Positions 42,451-50,445 of a stretch of 64,000 bases of DNA are shown here, in pieces. The translations under genes were made by a program, and so were the position numbers. Every line of letters starts with the position of its first letter. Position 1 is the first letter of the stretch. This DNA is from Occultella glacieicola. GTDB lineage: Bacteria > Actinomycetota > Actinomycetes > Actinomycetales > Beutenbergiaceae. Below the pieces are notes generated by a model. That model worked only from the letters and a program-made list of their open reading frames with translations, was not told the DNA's origin and made no database searches. Location: positions 248,001-312,000 of the forward strand of contig NZ_SMNA01000003.1 in NCBI RefSeq assembly GCF_004353825.1, given 5' to 3'.

Positions 42451-42840
42451 GTGTCCACCGAGAACCGCCTGCAGTCCGCGCTCGAACGCACCCGCGCCGA
42501 GCTCGACGCGTGCGACCCCTCGTCGGCGGCGACGTCCCTGCCCCACCTGCGGGCCGCCGTCGGGCATCTCGCCGACGCGGTGGACGAGGCGATGGCGATG
42601 GCGGTGCTCGAGGAGGGCACGTCGCTGCGGGCTGCCGGCGCGCTCGCCGGGCTGTCCGAGAACGCGGTCCCGCCCCGCCTCGGCCGTACGGCCGCGCTGG
42701 CCTCGTACCGCGACGCCAGCGGGCGCGTCTCCGCCCGGGGCGTCGAGCGGGCCCGGTACGACGTGGAGCGCGGCGACTACTCACCCGCCCCCGAGGCCGA
42801 GCGCGAGCCGATGCGGTTCCGGCCCCGCCGCCCCGACTGA
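42451..42840 (+). CDS. Small putative helix-turn-helix protein
   Basis: GTG after AGGAG RBS; 'EGTSLRAAGALAGLSENAV' HTH-like pattern. Confidence 0.65.
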   Translation: MSTENRLQSALERTRAELDACDPSSAATSLPHLRAAVGHLADAVDEAMAMAVLEEGTSLRAAGALAGLSENAVPPRLGRTAALASYRDASGRVSARGVERARYDVERGDYSPAPEAEREPMRFRPRRPD

Positions 42841-42933
42841 GCCGCACCCAGCAGGGTCCGCGCCACCACCGGCGCCGACCGTGACCACCCGACACCAGCC
42901 ATCCGTACCACCCCACCGACGAAGGGACCCGCC

Positions 42934-43602
42934 ATGACCGACCAGAACTTCACCCACATCGCGTTCCTGCTCGACCGTTCCGGCTCGATGCAGTCCATCA
43001 GGTCCGACACCGTCGGCGGCTTCGACGCCTTCATCGCGGAGCAGCGTGGCGAGCCGGGCCGGTGCACGGTCTCCCTGGCGCAGTTCGACGACGAGTACCA
43101 GGAGGTCTACGCCGATCGGCCGATCGCGGACGTGCCCTCGCTCGACCTGGTGCCCCGCGGCCGCACGGCGATGCTCGATGCCATCGGGCGCCTCATCAAT
43201 GCCACCGGCGCCCGGCTCGCGGCACTGCCGGAGGACCAGCGTCCGGGCACCGTGATCGTCGGCATCATGACCGACGGCCTCGAGAACGCCTCGAGGGAGT
43301 TCACCCGCGCGCAGATCAAGGCGATGATCGGCGAGCAGACCGACCGATACGGCTGGCAGTTCCTGTATATGGGCGCCAACCAGGACGCCATCGAGGTCGG
43401 CACCGGCCTTGGCGTGGACCCGGGTCTGGCCGTCACCTACGCCGCGACCAAGGTGGACGCGGCGATGCGCATGACCAGCAGGAAGGTCGCCGGGGTCCGC
43501 GCCGCCATGGCCGCGGGCATGGCCGCACCGGCCGCTCGGGCCGCACACGGCTACACCGAGGCGGAGCGCGCCCAGGTGGGCGAGGACGGTACGGCCGGCT
43601 GA
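42934..43602 (+). CDS. Stand-alone von Willebrand factor A domain protein
   Basis: MIDAS 'LLDRSGSM', 'TAMLDAIG', 'MTDGLENASRE', 'WQFLYMGANQDA'. Confidence 0.88.
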   Translation: MTDQNFTHIAFLLDRSGSMQSIRSDTVGGFDAFIAEQRGEPGRCTVSLAQFDDEYQEVYADRPIADVPSLDLVPRGRTAMLDAIGRLINATGARLAALPEDQRPGTVIVGIMTDGLENASREFTRAQIKAMIGEQTDRYGWQFLYMGANQDAIEVGTGLGVDPGLAVTYAATKVDAAMRMTSRKVAGVRAAMAAGMAAPAARAAHGYTEAERAQVGEDGTAG

Positions 43603-43681
43603 CCGGCGCGACCGAGGTGCCCGACGGCGTCCCGTCAGCCAGTCGGGCACCGCCCAGATGGAGCACCGGGCGCGGCGAGCC

Positions 43682-44644
43682 TCATCGACACACCGGCTCC
43701 GGGGCCGACTCGGCGTGGCCATCGGCCACAGCCTCGGGCCCGACCGTTCCGGCCACAGCCGGGACCGTCTGCGGCCCGGGCTCCGGTGGCGGCGTCGCCG
43801 TGCCGGTCCGCAGTTGGGAGGCCACGATCGCTCCGAGCGCCAGTGCGAACCCGAGAAGCTGCGCGGGTTCGAACCGCTCACCGAGGACGAGCGCACCCAG
43901 CGCCGCGGCCACGACCGGGGAGAGCAGTGCGAGCATCGCGGCCGACGTCACCGGGATCCGTCCGATCCCGGTGAACCACAGCGTGTAGGCGAGCAGGCCG
44001 CCGACCACCCCGAGCCAGGCGTAGCCCGCCACGGCCGGCGCGTCGATGCCCGCCGGCACCCCCTCCACGACCAGCGTCAGCGGGACCAGGACCAGCCCTC
44101 CGGCGGTGAGTTGCCACCCGGCGAACGCGAGCGCCCCGGTCGGCCTGCCCCACCGCTTCGTCAGGGTGACGCCGAGGCCCATCGAAGCGGCTCCGGCGAG
44201 CCCGGCCGCGACTCCGAGCACATCTGGCACGGCGTCGGCGCGGAGCACCACCAGGGCCACTCCGACCACGCCCACGACTCCCCAGCCGAGCCGCCAGGCG
44301 GACCAGGCCTGGCCCAGCAGGACGACCGCGAGCACGGCCACGATCAGGGGCTGACCGGCGCCGAGCGTGGCGGCGAGCCCGCCGGGCAGCCGGTAGGCGG
44401 CCACGAACAGCAGCAGGAAGAACGCCCCGATGTTGAGGACCCCGAGGACCGCCGACCGCCACCACCAGGACCCTCGGGGCAGCGCGCGGGAGAGCGCCAC
44501 CGCGAGCAGGCCCGCGGGCAGGGCGCGCATCAGGGCGGCGAACAGCGGCGCGTCCGGGGGCAGGAACTGGGTCGTCACCAGGTAGGTCGTGCCCCAGACG
44601 AGTGGAGCGAGGGCCGTTGCCAAGGTCACGGACAGGTGTCGCAT
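43682..44644 (-). CDS. EamA/DMT exporter, PecM-like
   Basis: 'TALAPLVWGTTYLVTTQFLPP', 'RALPAG', 'AAYRLPGG'; divergent from a PecS-like MarR gene. Confidence 0.85.
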   Translation of the reverse strand: MRHLSVTLATALAPLVWGTTYLVTTQFLPPDAPLFAALMRALPAGLLAVALSRALPRGSWWWRSAVLGVLNIGAFFLLLFVAAYRLPGGLAATLGAGQPLIVAVLAVVLLGQAWSAWRLGWGVVGVVGVALVVLRADAVPDVLGVAAGLAGAASMGLGVTLTKRWGRPTGALAFAGWQLTAGGLVLVPLTLVVEGVPAGIDAPAVAGYAWLGVVGGLLAYTLWFTGIGRIPVTSAAMLALLSPVVAAALGALVLGERFEPAQLLGFALALGAIVASQLRTGTATPPPEPGPQTVPAVAGTVGPEAVADGHAESAPEPVCR

Positions 44645-44653
44645 CGCAAACTC

Positions 44654-44727
44654 CTTAACGTTGAACTATTCAACATGAAGGACTGTAGGATGACCGGAGT
44701 CGTTCGTCAAACATTTCAACGTCAAAC
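44654..44727. promoter_or_regulatory. Array of AT-rich PecS-type operator half-sites
   Basis: CTTAACGTTGAA, TTCAACATGAAG and TTCAACGTCAAA; includes the IR GTTGAA-cta-TTCAAC. Confidence 0.6.
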
Positions 44728-44749
44728 AGTTCAGCGCCGAGGAGTGGCC

Positions 44750-45247
44750 GTGGAAGACGCCGTCGATGCCCGTCTGCAGCAGTGGAACGTGGTCCGGCCC
44801 GATCTCGACGTCTCCGCCATGGGCGTGATCGGCCGCCTGTCCCGACTGACCCGGCTGCTCGAACATGCCCTACAGGAGGTCTTCGATGCGCACGGTCTCC
44901 AGCCCGGCGAGTTCGACCTGCTCGCCACCCTCCGGCGAGCGGACCCGGAGAGCACCGGCCTGACCGCCGTGGCGTTGGCGCGCGCGGCGATGCGGACCTC
45001 CGGGGCGATCACCAATCGCCTCGACCGCCTGGTCGCGAAGGGGCTCGTGCGTCGCGACGTGGACGAGTCGAACCGACGGGCCATCCTGGTCACGCTCACG
45101 CCGGACGGACGCACCGTGCTGGACGCCGCCCTGGCCGATCACGTCGCGAACGAGGAGCGTTTGCTCGCCGCTCTCGAGGCACCCGAACGCGAACAGTTGG
45201 CGAGCCTGTTGCGCACCCTTCTGCTCGCACACGGCGACCGAGCCTGA
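44750..45247 (+). CDS. MarR family regulator, PecS/UrtR-like
   Basis: 'DAVD..LQQW...RPDLD', 'GEFDLLATLRR', 'SGAITNRLDRL'; GAGGAG RBS. Confidence 0.88.
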   Translation: MEDAVDARLQQWNVVRPDLDVSAMGVIGRLSRLTRLLEHALQEVFDAHGLQPGEFDLLATLRRADPESTGLTAVALARAAMRTSGAITNRLDRLVAKGLVRRDVDESNRRAILVTLTPDGRTVLDAALADHVANEERLLAALEAPEREQLASLLRTLLLAHGDRA

Positions 45248-45292
45248 CCGGCCTGGCCTGACCGTTCGCCGCGGCGCCCCCTCACCGTTCGC

Positions 45293-45700
45293 CTACGGCG
45301 TGGCGTGCGGCGCGACCATCGGCGCACCGATCCGCGTGATCCGATCCTGCCCCCACGCACCCAGCGGGGCGAGTGCCGCGTTCAGCGCGACGCCCACCTC
45401 GGTCAGGGAGTACTCCACGCGGGGCGGGACCTCCCGGTACACCTCGCGATGGACGAGCCCATCCGCCTCCATCTCCCGCAGGTGCTGGACGAGCATCTTC
45501 TCGCTCACCCCCGGCAGGCCACGTCTGAGCGCGGAGAATCTCCGCGTGCCGTGATCGAGCTCCCACAGGATGAGCGACTTCCACTTGCCGGTGATCACAT
45601 CCATGGCGGCGTCGATGCCGCAGATGTAGGGGCCCTGCCGAGGGCTCGGCGACACCGCCTCGGCGGAACCCGCTGACGCTGTGACCTCGATACTTACCAT
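45293..45700 (-). CDS. HxlR family winged-helix regulator
   Basis: 'CGIDAAMDVITGKWK', 'RRFSAL..LPGVSEKML..LREME', 'VPPRVEYSLT'. Confidence 0.9.
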   Translation of the reverse strand: MVSIEVTASAGSAEAVSPSPRQGPYICGIDAAMDVITGKWKSLILWELDHGTRRFSALRRGLPGVSEKMLVQHLREMEADGLVHREVYREVPPRVEYSLTEVGVALNAALAPLGAWGQDRITRIGAPMVAPHATP

Positions 45701-45713
45701 GCGGTGAGTATCG
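45688..45713. promoter_or_regulatory. Putative HxlR operator
   Basis: CGATACTTACC-atgc-GGTGAGTATCG (one mismatch) spanning the hxlR start codon. Confidence 0.55.
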
Positions 45714-45766
45714 CACTCCGAAGTGGGTACTTGTGGAGCGGTGCGCGGCGACGCAGGCTCGAGGAG

Positions 45767-46747
45767 ATGACTCCCTCAATGAATCCGCCACCGTCCTCCC
45801 CCATCACGACCGCAACGCCGCCGACCTCGGCGGCCAACACCTCGACCACCTCGGACTCCCCGGCGCGGCCGCGGGTGAGCATCCTCGGACTCGGTGTCAT
45901 GGGCGCCGCGCTGGCCGGCGCACTGCTCGCGGCCGGGTACCCCACCACCGTCTGGAACAGGACGCCGGGCAGAGCCGAGCCGCTACGCCGCAGCGGCGCC
46001 GCAGAAGCCGCCTCCCCGACCGAGGCGGTCACCACGGCCGACCTGGTGATCGTCTGCGTGTTCGACCACGCCTCGGTGCACGACGTGCTCGATCCGCTCG
46101 TCGAGCACCTCGACGGCATCGACCTCATCAACCTCACCACCACCACGCCTGAGGAGGCCCGCGAGCTCGCGGCCTGGTCCTCGACCCGGGGCATCAACTA
46201 TCTCGACGGCGGCATCATGGCCGTGCCGGCGATGATCGGGCAGGACGGCTCGTCGATCCTCTACAGCGGCGCAGCCGAGGTGTTCCAGCGACACGAACGA
46301 CTCCTGGGCAGCTGGGGCGAGGCCACCTACTTCGGTGGGGATGCCGGACTGGCCTCGCTTGAGGACCTCGCGCTCCTGTCCGGCATGTACGTCATGTTCG
46401 CCGGACTCCTGCACGGTATGGCGATGGTCGCCTCCGTGGGGGTCAGCGCGAGCACGTTCGTCACGCGGGCCCAGCCCTTCCTGGCCGCCATGACCGAGAC
46501 CTTCCCGGCCTTCGCCGAGACCATCGACAGCCGTCGGTACGACGCGCCCGACCGGCAGAGTCTGGAGTTCTCCGACCTCGGCAACCTCGTCCGGGCCAGC
46601 ACCGAGGCCGGCATCAGCCCGGCCGTGGTGCAGATGGTGCAGGACCTGATCATGCGCCAGCGCGACGCGGGCTTCGGCGACGAGGACTTCTCCCGCATCT
46701 ACGAGAGCATCGCCCACCCAGTCACCACCGAATCGAGTGCCTCATGA
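45767..46747 (+). CDS. NAD(P)-dependent oxidoreductase, imine reductase-like (Asp type)
   Basis: 'GLGVMG', 'VWNRT', 'YLDGGIMAVP', 'EDLALLSGMY'. Confidence 0.8.
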   Translation: MTPSMNPPPSSPITTATPPTSAANTSTTSDSPARPRVSILGLGVMGAALAGALLAAGYPTTVWNRTPGRAEPLRRSGAAEAASPTEAVTTADLVIVCVFDHASVHDVLDPLVEHLDGIDLINLTTTTPEEARELAAWSSTRGINYLDGGIMAVPAMIGQDGSSILYSGAAEVFQRHERLLGSWGEATYFGGDAGLASLEDLALLSGMYVMFAGLLHGMAMVASVGVSASTFVTRAQPFLAAMTETFPAFAETIDSRRYDAPDRQSLEFSDLGNLVRASTEAGISPAVVQMVQDLIMRQRDAGFGDEDFSRIYESIAHPVTTESSAS

Positions 46748-47679
46748 CCACCCGGACCGAGACCGGCGCCCAGCATCAGCCTGCCACCACCGTCCCCGTC
46801 ACCGTGCTCGGCCTCGGCCCGATGGGGCAGGCCATGGGGCACGTCCTGCTCGCGGCCGGCCATCCGGTCACCGTCTGGAACCGGACGTCGGCGCGCGCAG
46901 ACACCCTCGTCTCGGCGGGGGCGACGCCGGCGCCGGACCCGGGCTCCGCCGTCGCGAGCAGTGAGCTGGTGATCCTCAGCCTCACCGACTACCAGGCGAT
47001 GTACGACATCCTCGGCGACCACACCGACGCACTGCGCGGTCGTCTGCTCGTGAACCTCAGCTCGGACACCCCGGAACGCACCCGTGAAGCCGCCGACTGG
47101 GCAGGTCAGCACGGCGCCCGGTTCCTGACCGGCGGTGTGATGACGCCCCCGCCGACCATCGGCACGGAAGGTGCCTACGTCTACTACAGCGGACCACGCC
47201 CCGACTTCGAGGCTCATTCGGCGGCCCTGTCCGTGATCGGCGAACCGCGGTATGTCGGCGAGGACCCGGGGCTCGCCCAACTCCTCTACCAGGCGCAGCT
47301 GGACGTGTTCCTGACGGGGTTGGCCGGCCTCCTGCACGCGACCGCACTCGCCGGTAGCGGCGGCGTCAGCGCCGCCGAGTTCGTGCCGCAGGCGTTGGAG
47401 ACACTCACCGGCATCCCGGCCATGATCGAGGACGGTGACGCGCTCGGGACCGCGTTGGACGCACGCTCCCATCCCGGCGACCTCGGCACGACCACCATGA
47501 TGGGCGCCACGGCCGACCACATCGCGGCCACCTCGGCGGCGGCCGGCCTGGACCTCGTCCTGCCCGACGCCGTGGCCTCGCTCTACCGGCGAGCCATCCG
47601 CGCGGGCCACGGGGCCGACAACTGGACCTCGCTGATCGAGGTGATCCGCGCGGGAGTGCTCACCCCAGCCGCGCCCTGA
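46744..47679 (+). CDS. NAD(P)-dependent oxidoreductase, imine reductase-like (Tyr type)
   Basis: 'GLGPMG', 'VWNRT', 'NLSSDTP', 'LLYQAQL'. Confidence 0.8.
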   Translation: MTTRTETGAQHQPATTVPVTVLGLGPMGQAMGHVLLAAGHPVTVWNRTSARADTLVSAGATPAPDPGSAVASSELVILSLTDYQAMYDILGDHTDALRGRLLVNLSSDTPERTREAADWAGQHGARFLTGGVMTPPPTIGTEGAYVYYSGPRPDFEAHSAALSVIGEPRYVGEDPGLAQLLYQAQLDVFLTGLAGLLHATALAGSGGVSAAEFVPQALETLTGIPAMIEDGDALGTALDARSHPGDLGTTTMMGATADHIAATSAAAGLDLVLPDAVASLYRRAIRAGHGADNWTSLIEVIRAGVLTPAAP

Positions 47680-48577
47680 GCCACGCCAGGGCGACCTCCC
47701 CCTGCGCGCGCTGGAACGTGCGCAGGTGGGGGATGCCGGGTGGCGGCTCCTGCAGCGAGCCGTGGACGAAGAATCCGGTCACGGCCGCGACCAGCGCCGT
47801 GACGGCGTCGGGGTCGGCGCCGACGCTGAGCGGATGCGCCCGCCAGATCTCCTCCGGATCGCCGCCGCCCTCGAGGCCGATGCTCGGCAGCATCAGGACC
47901 AGGTCCACCCACGGCGCGCCGGACGCCGCGTACGGCCAGTCCACCACGAGCATCCGGCCGCCGGCGCGGACCAGGTTGTCCGAGCGGATGTCACCGTGCA
48001 CGAGGGCATCCCCGGCGACCGCCTCCCGCCAACCGTCGGCGCGGTCCGCGAGGGACTCCAGGTTGGCCGCGACCCACGGGTCCCAGCCCGACGGCGCCCG
48101 ACCGGACTCCAGGATCCGGTGCCACTCCTCGAAGGCGTGCCCGGAACTCATCGGGCCGATCAGGTCCGTCCGGGGCGCCTCGATGCGGCCGAGCGCGTCG
48201 AGCAGTTCCAACGTCTCGCGCAGGTCGTCGGTGCGCCATGGCGTGCTCGGGCCGGACCCGTCCGCGGCGTCGAAGCCGACGGCGACCCAGTCGCCCTCGT
48301 CCAGGGTCCACCGCCATCGGGGTGTGGGCACCCGCTCCGGAAGCACCGCGGCCACCGCGGCCTCCTGCCGGTACAGCTCGGCGCTGCGCTCGTGGAAACT
48401 CGTGGCGACCGCCTTGACGAACACCCGCTCGCCGTCCGCCGTGACCAGCGTGGCCGCCATGCCGGGGCTGTACCCGCCCTCGTGGCTGTGCGCGGCGACC
48501 ACCTCGCCGGTGCGCTCGGCGATCAGCGAGCGGACGCCGTCGGGCAGGCCGGCCCAGGCGAGCCGGGTGCGGCTCAC
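47660..48577 (-). CDS. Aminoglycoside phosphotransferase-like kinase
   Basis: 'GGYSPG', 'VFVKA', 'HGDIRSDN', 'VDW'. Confidence 0.82.
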   Translation of the reverse strand: MSRTRLAWAGLPDGVRSLIAERTGEVVAAHSHEGGYSPGMAATLVTADGERVFVKAVATSFHERSAELYRQEAAVAAVLPERVPTPRWRWTLDEGDWVAVGFDAADGSGPSTPWRTDDLRETLELLDALGRIEAPRTDLIGPMSSGHAFEEWHRILESGRAPSGWDPWVAANLESLADRADGWREAVAGDALVHGDIRSDNLVRAGGRMLVVDWPYAASGAPWVDLVLMLPSIGLEGGGDPEEIWRAHPLSVGADPDAVTALVAAVTGFFVHGSLQEPPPGIPHLRTFQRAQGEVALAWLRARLG

Positions 48578-49587
48578 GACTGCGCGGCCCGGCGGGAGCG
48601 GATCGCGGCCGCGGCGGCGGGCAGGATCTCGTGCAGGTCACCGATCACCGCGAAGTCGCTGAGCTCCACCAGTGGTGCCTCGGAGTCGGTGTTCACGGCG
48701 ATGATCGTGCGGGCCGCCTGCATGCCGCCGTGGTGGTGCGGCGCCCCGGAGATGCCGGCGCCGATGTAGACGCGCGGGGCGATCGTCACGCCGGTCTGCC
48801 CCACCTGGGCGTCGTGCCCGATCCAGCCCTCGTCGACGGCGTCCCTGGTGGACCCGATCGCGGCACCGAGGGCGTCGGCCAGGTCCTCGACGGGCCCGAA
48901 GTCACCGGCCGTGCCACGGCCACCGGCGACCACGACGGCCGCCTCCGCGAGCGCCGGGCGCACCACACCGCTCGCATCCGCCGACACCTCGTGCACCACC
49001 CGGTCCAGGAGTTCCAGACCGGCCGGGGACGAGGCCGCCACCGGCAGGCCCTCCACCGCGGCCGCGCCCCGTGACGCAGCGGCCTGCGCGGTCAGGGCGT
49101 TCGGGCGCAGGGTCGCCACGGCGGCCTGCGTGGTGACGGCGCACTCGGTGTCCCAGGTGCCCGCGAAGACCCGTTTGCCGCCGACCAGCCGGCCACCGGC
49201 GTCGGCGAGGGAGGTCACATCGATCAGCAGGCCGGCTCCGGTGCGCCACGCGGTGTGCGCGGCGATCTCCTTGTTCACGAACGAGGAGGTCAGCAGCACC
49301 AGGCCGGCGCCCGTGTGCGCGGCGGCGGCGGCGACGGCGACGGCCGCCACCGCCGGGATCTCTCGTGGGGCCTCGCCCAGGTCGGCGAACAGGACCCGGT
49401 CCACGCCGGCGTCGGCCAGCTGGTCCAGCGCGGGCGTGCTCGGCTCGGCGAGGGTCAGCGCCACCGGCATGCCCAGGGTCCGGGCGAGGGTGAGCGCCTC
49501 CAGCGCGGGTGAGCGCAGGGCTGCGTCGGCGTTCTCGATCAGGACCAGCACGGTCCGGACAGCGGTCTCGGTCACGGGTTCCACCAC
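48574..49587 (-). CDS. etfA: Electron transfer flavoprotein alpha subunit
   Basis: 'VAGGRG', 'QVGQTG', 'GISGAPHH..GM', 'IAVNTD'. Confidence 0.92.
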   Translation of the reverse strand: MVEPVTETAVRTVLVLIENADAALRSPALEALTLARTLGMPVALTLAEPSTPALDQLADAGVDRVLFADLGEAPREIPAVAAVAVAAAAAHTGAGLVLLTSSFVNKEIAAHTAWRTGAGLLIDVTSLADAGGRLVGGKRVFAGTWDTECAVTTQAAVATLRPNALTAQAAASRGAAAVEGLPVAASSPAGLELLDRVVHEVSADASGVVRPALAEAAVVVAGGRGTAGDFGPVEDLADALGAAIGSTRDAVDEGWIGHDAQVGQTGVTIAPRVYIGAGISGAPHHHGGMQAARTIIAVNTDSEAPLVELSDFAVIGDLHEILPAAAAAIRSRRAAQS

Positions 49588-49589
49588 TC

Positions 49590-50372
49590 TCAGATGAGGT
49601 CGTTGCTGATCAGGTAGTCGGCGAGCGCGCGACCGCCGGAGGAGTCGGAGTCGGTGACGATCTCGGGCTCCGGCCGCGGCGGGCGGGGATCGGTCCGCAG
49701 GACCTCGGTCCGGTTGGTCGACGCGCCGTCGGCCAGTCCCAGGTCGGCGGCGCCGAGCACCTCGATCTCCTTCGCGCGGGCGGCCATGATCTCCTTGAAC
49801 TTCGGGAGCCGCGGGGTGTTGGCGAGGTCCGTCACGGCCACCACCGCCGGCAAGGTCGCGCGCAGGGTCTCGGTGACACCGTCGAGTTCGCGCCGAGCGA
49901 TGAGAGCGCCGTCGGAGTAGGTCAGTTCCTGCACCACGGTCAACTGCGGCAGGTCAAGGGCGGCCGCGAGCAGCGACGGCACCACCGCGCCGAGCCCGTC
50001 GAGGGCTGCCATCCCGGTGAGGACCACGTCCACGTCACCGATACGCCGGATGGCCGCCGCGAGCGCGGTGGCGGTGCCGAAGTAGTCGGCGCCGGCCAGT
50101 GCGTCGTCGGTGATCCGGATGCCACGGTCGGCGCCCATCTGCAGGGCGCGGCGCACGGCGTCCGCGGCGACGTCCGGGCCGAGGGTGAGCGCGATGATCT
50201 CGTGCTCACCGTCACCGGCAGCGGCCACGAGCGCGAGCGCCGCCTCGACGGCGTTCTCGTCCACCTCGTTCATGGTTCCGTCGTCGGCGCTACGAACCAC
50301 CCGGTGCTCGGCGGTGAAACCACGGGTCGATTGCAGGTCCGGGACATGTTTGACACAGACTACGATTCGCAT
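49590..50372 (-). CDS. etfB: Electron transfer flavoprotein beta subunit
   Basis: 'MRIVVCVKHVPD', 'DENAVEAAL', 'ALQMGAD', 'NTPRLP'. Confidence 0.92.
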   Translation of the reverse strand: MRIVVCVKHVPDLQSTRGFTAEHRVVRSADDGTMNEVDENAVEAALALVAAAGDGEHEIIALTLGPDVAADAVRRALQMGADRGIRITDDALAGADYFGTATALAAAIRRIGDVDVVLTGMAALDGLGAVVPSLLAAALDLPQLTVVQELTYSDGALIARRELDGVTETLRATLPAVVAVTDLANTPRLPKFKEIMAARAKEIEVLGAADLGLADGASTNRTEVLRTDPRPPRPEPEIVTDSDSSGGRALADYLISNDLI

Positions 50373-50445
50373 AGTCACAGCCTGCCACTGCCGGGCCCCT
50401 GGCCGGAATTCCGCCCCCGCTCGCCTCCGACGGATCGACCACCTG

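Noticed and set aside
47660..48577. Aminoglycoside resistance gene
   Set aside because: Only the general APH/kinase fold is evident; it is coupled to etfA and looks housekeeping-like
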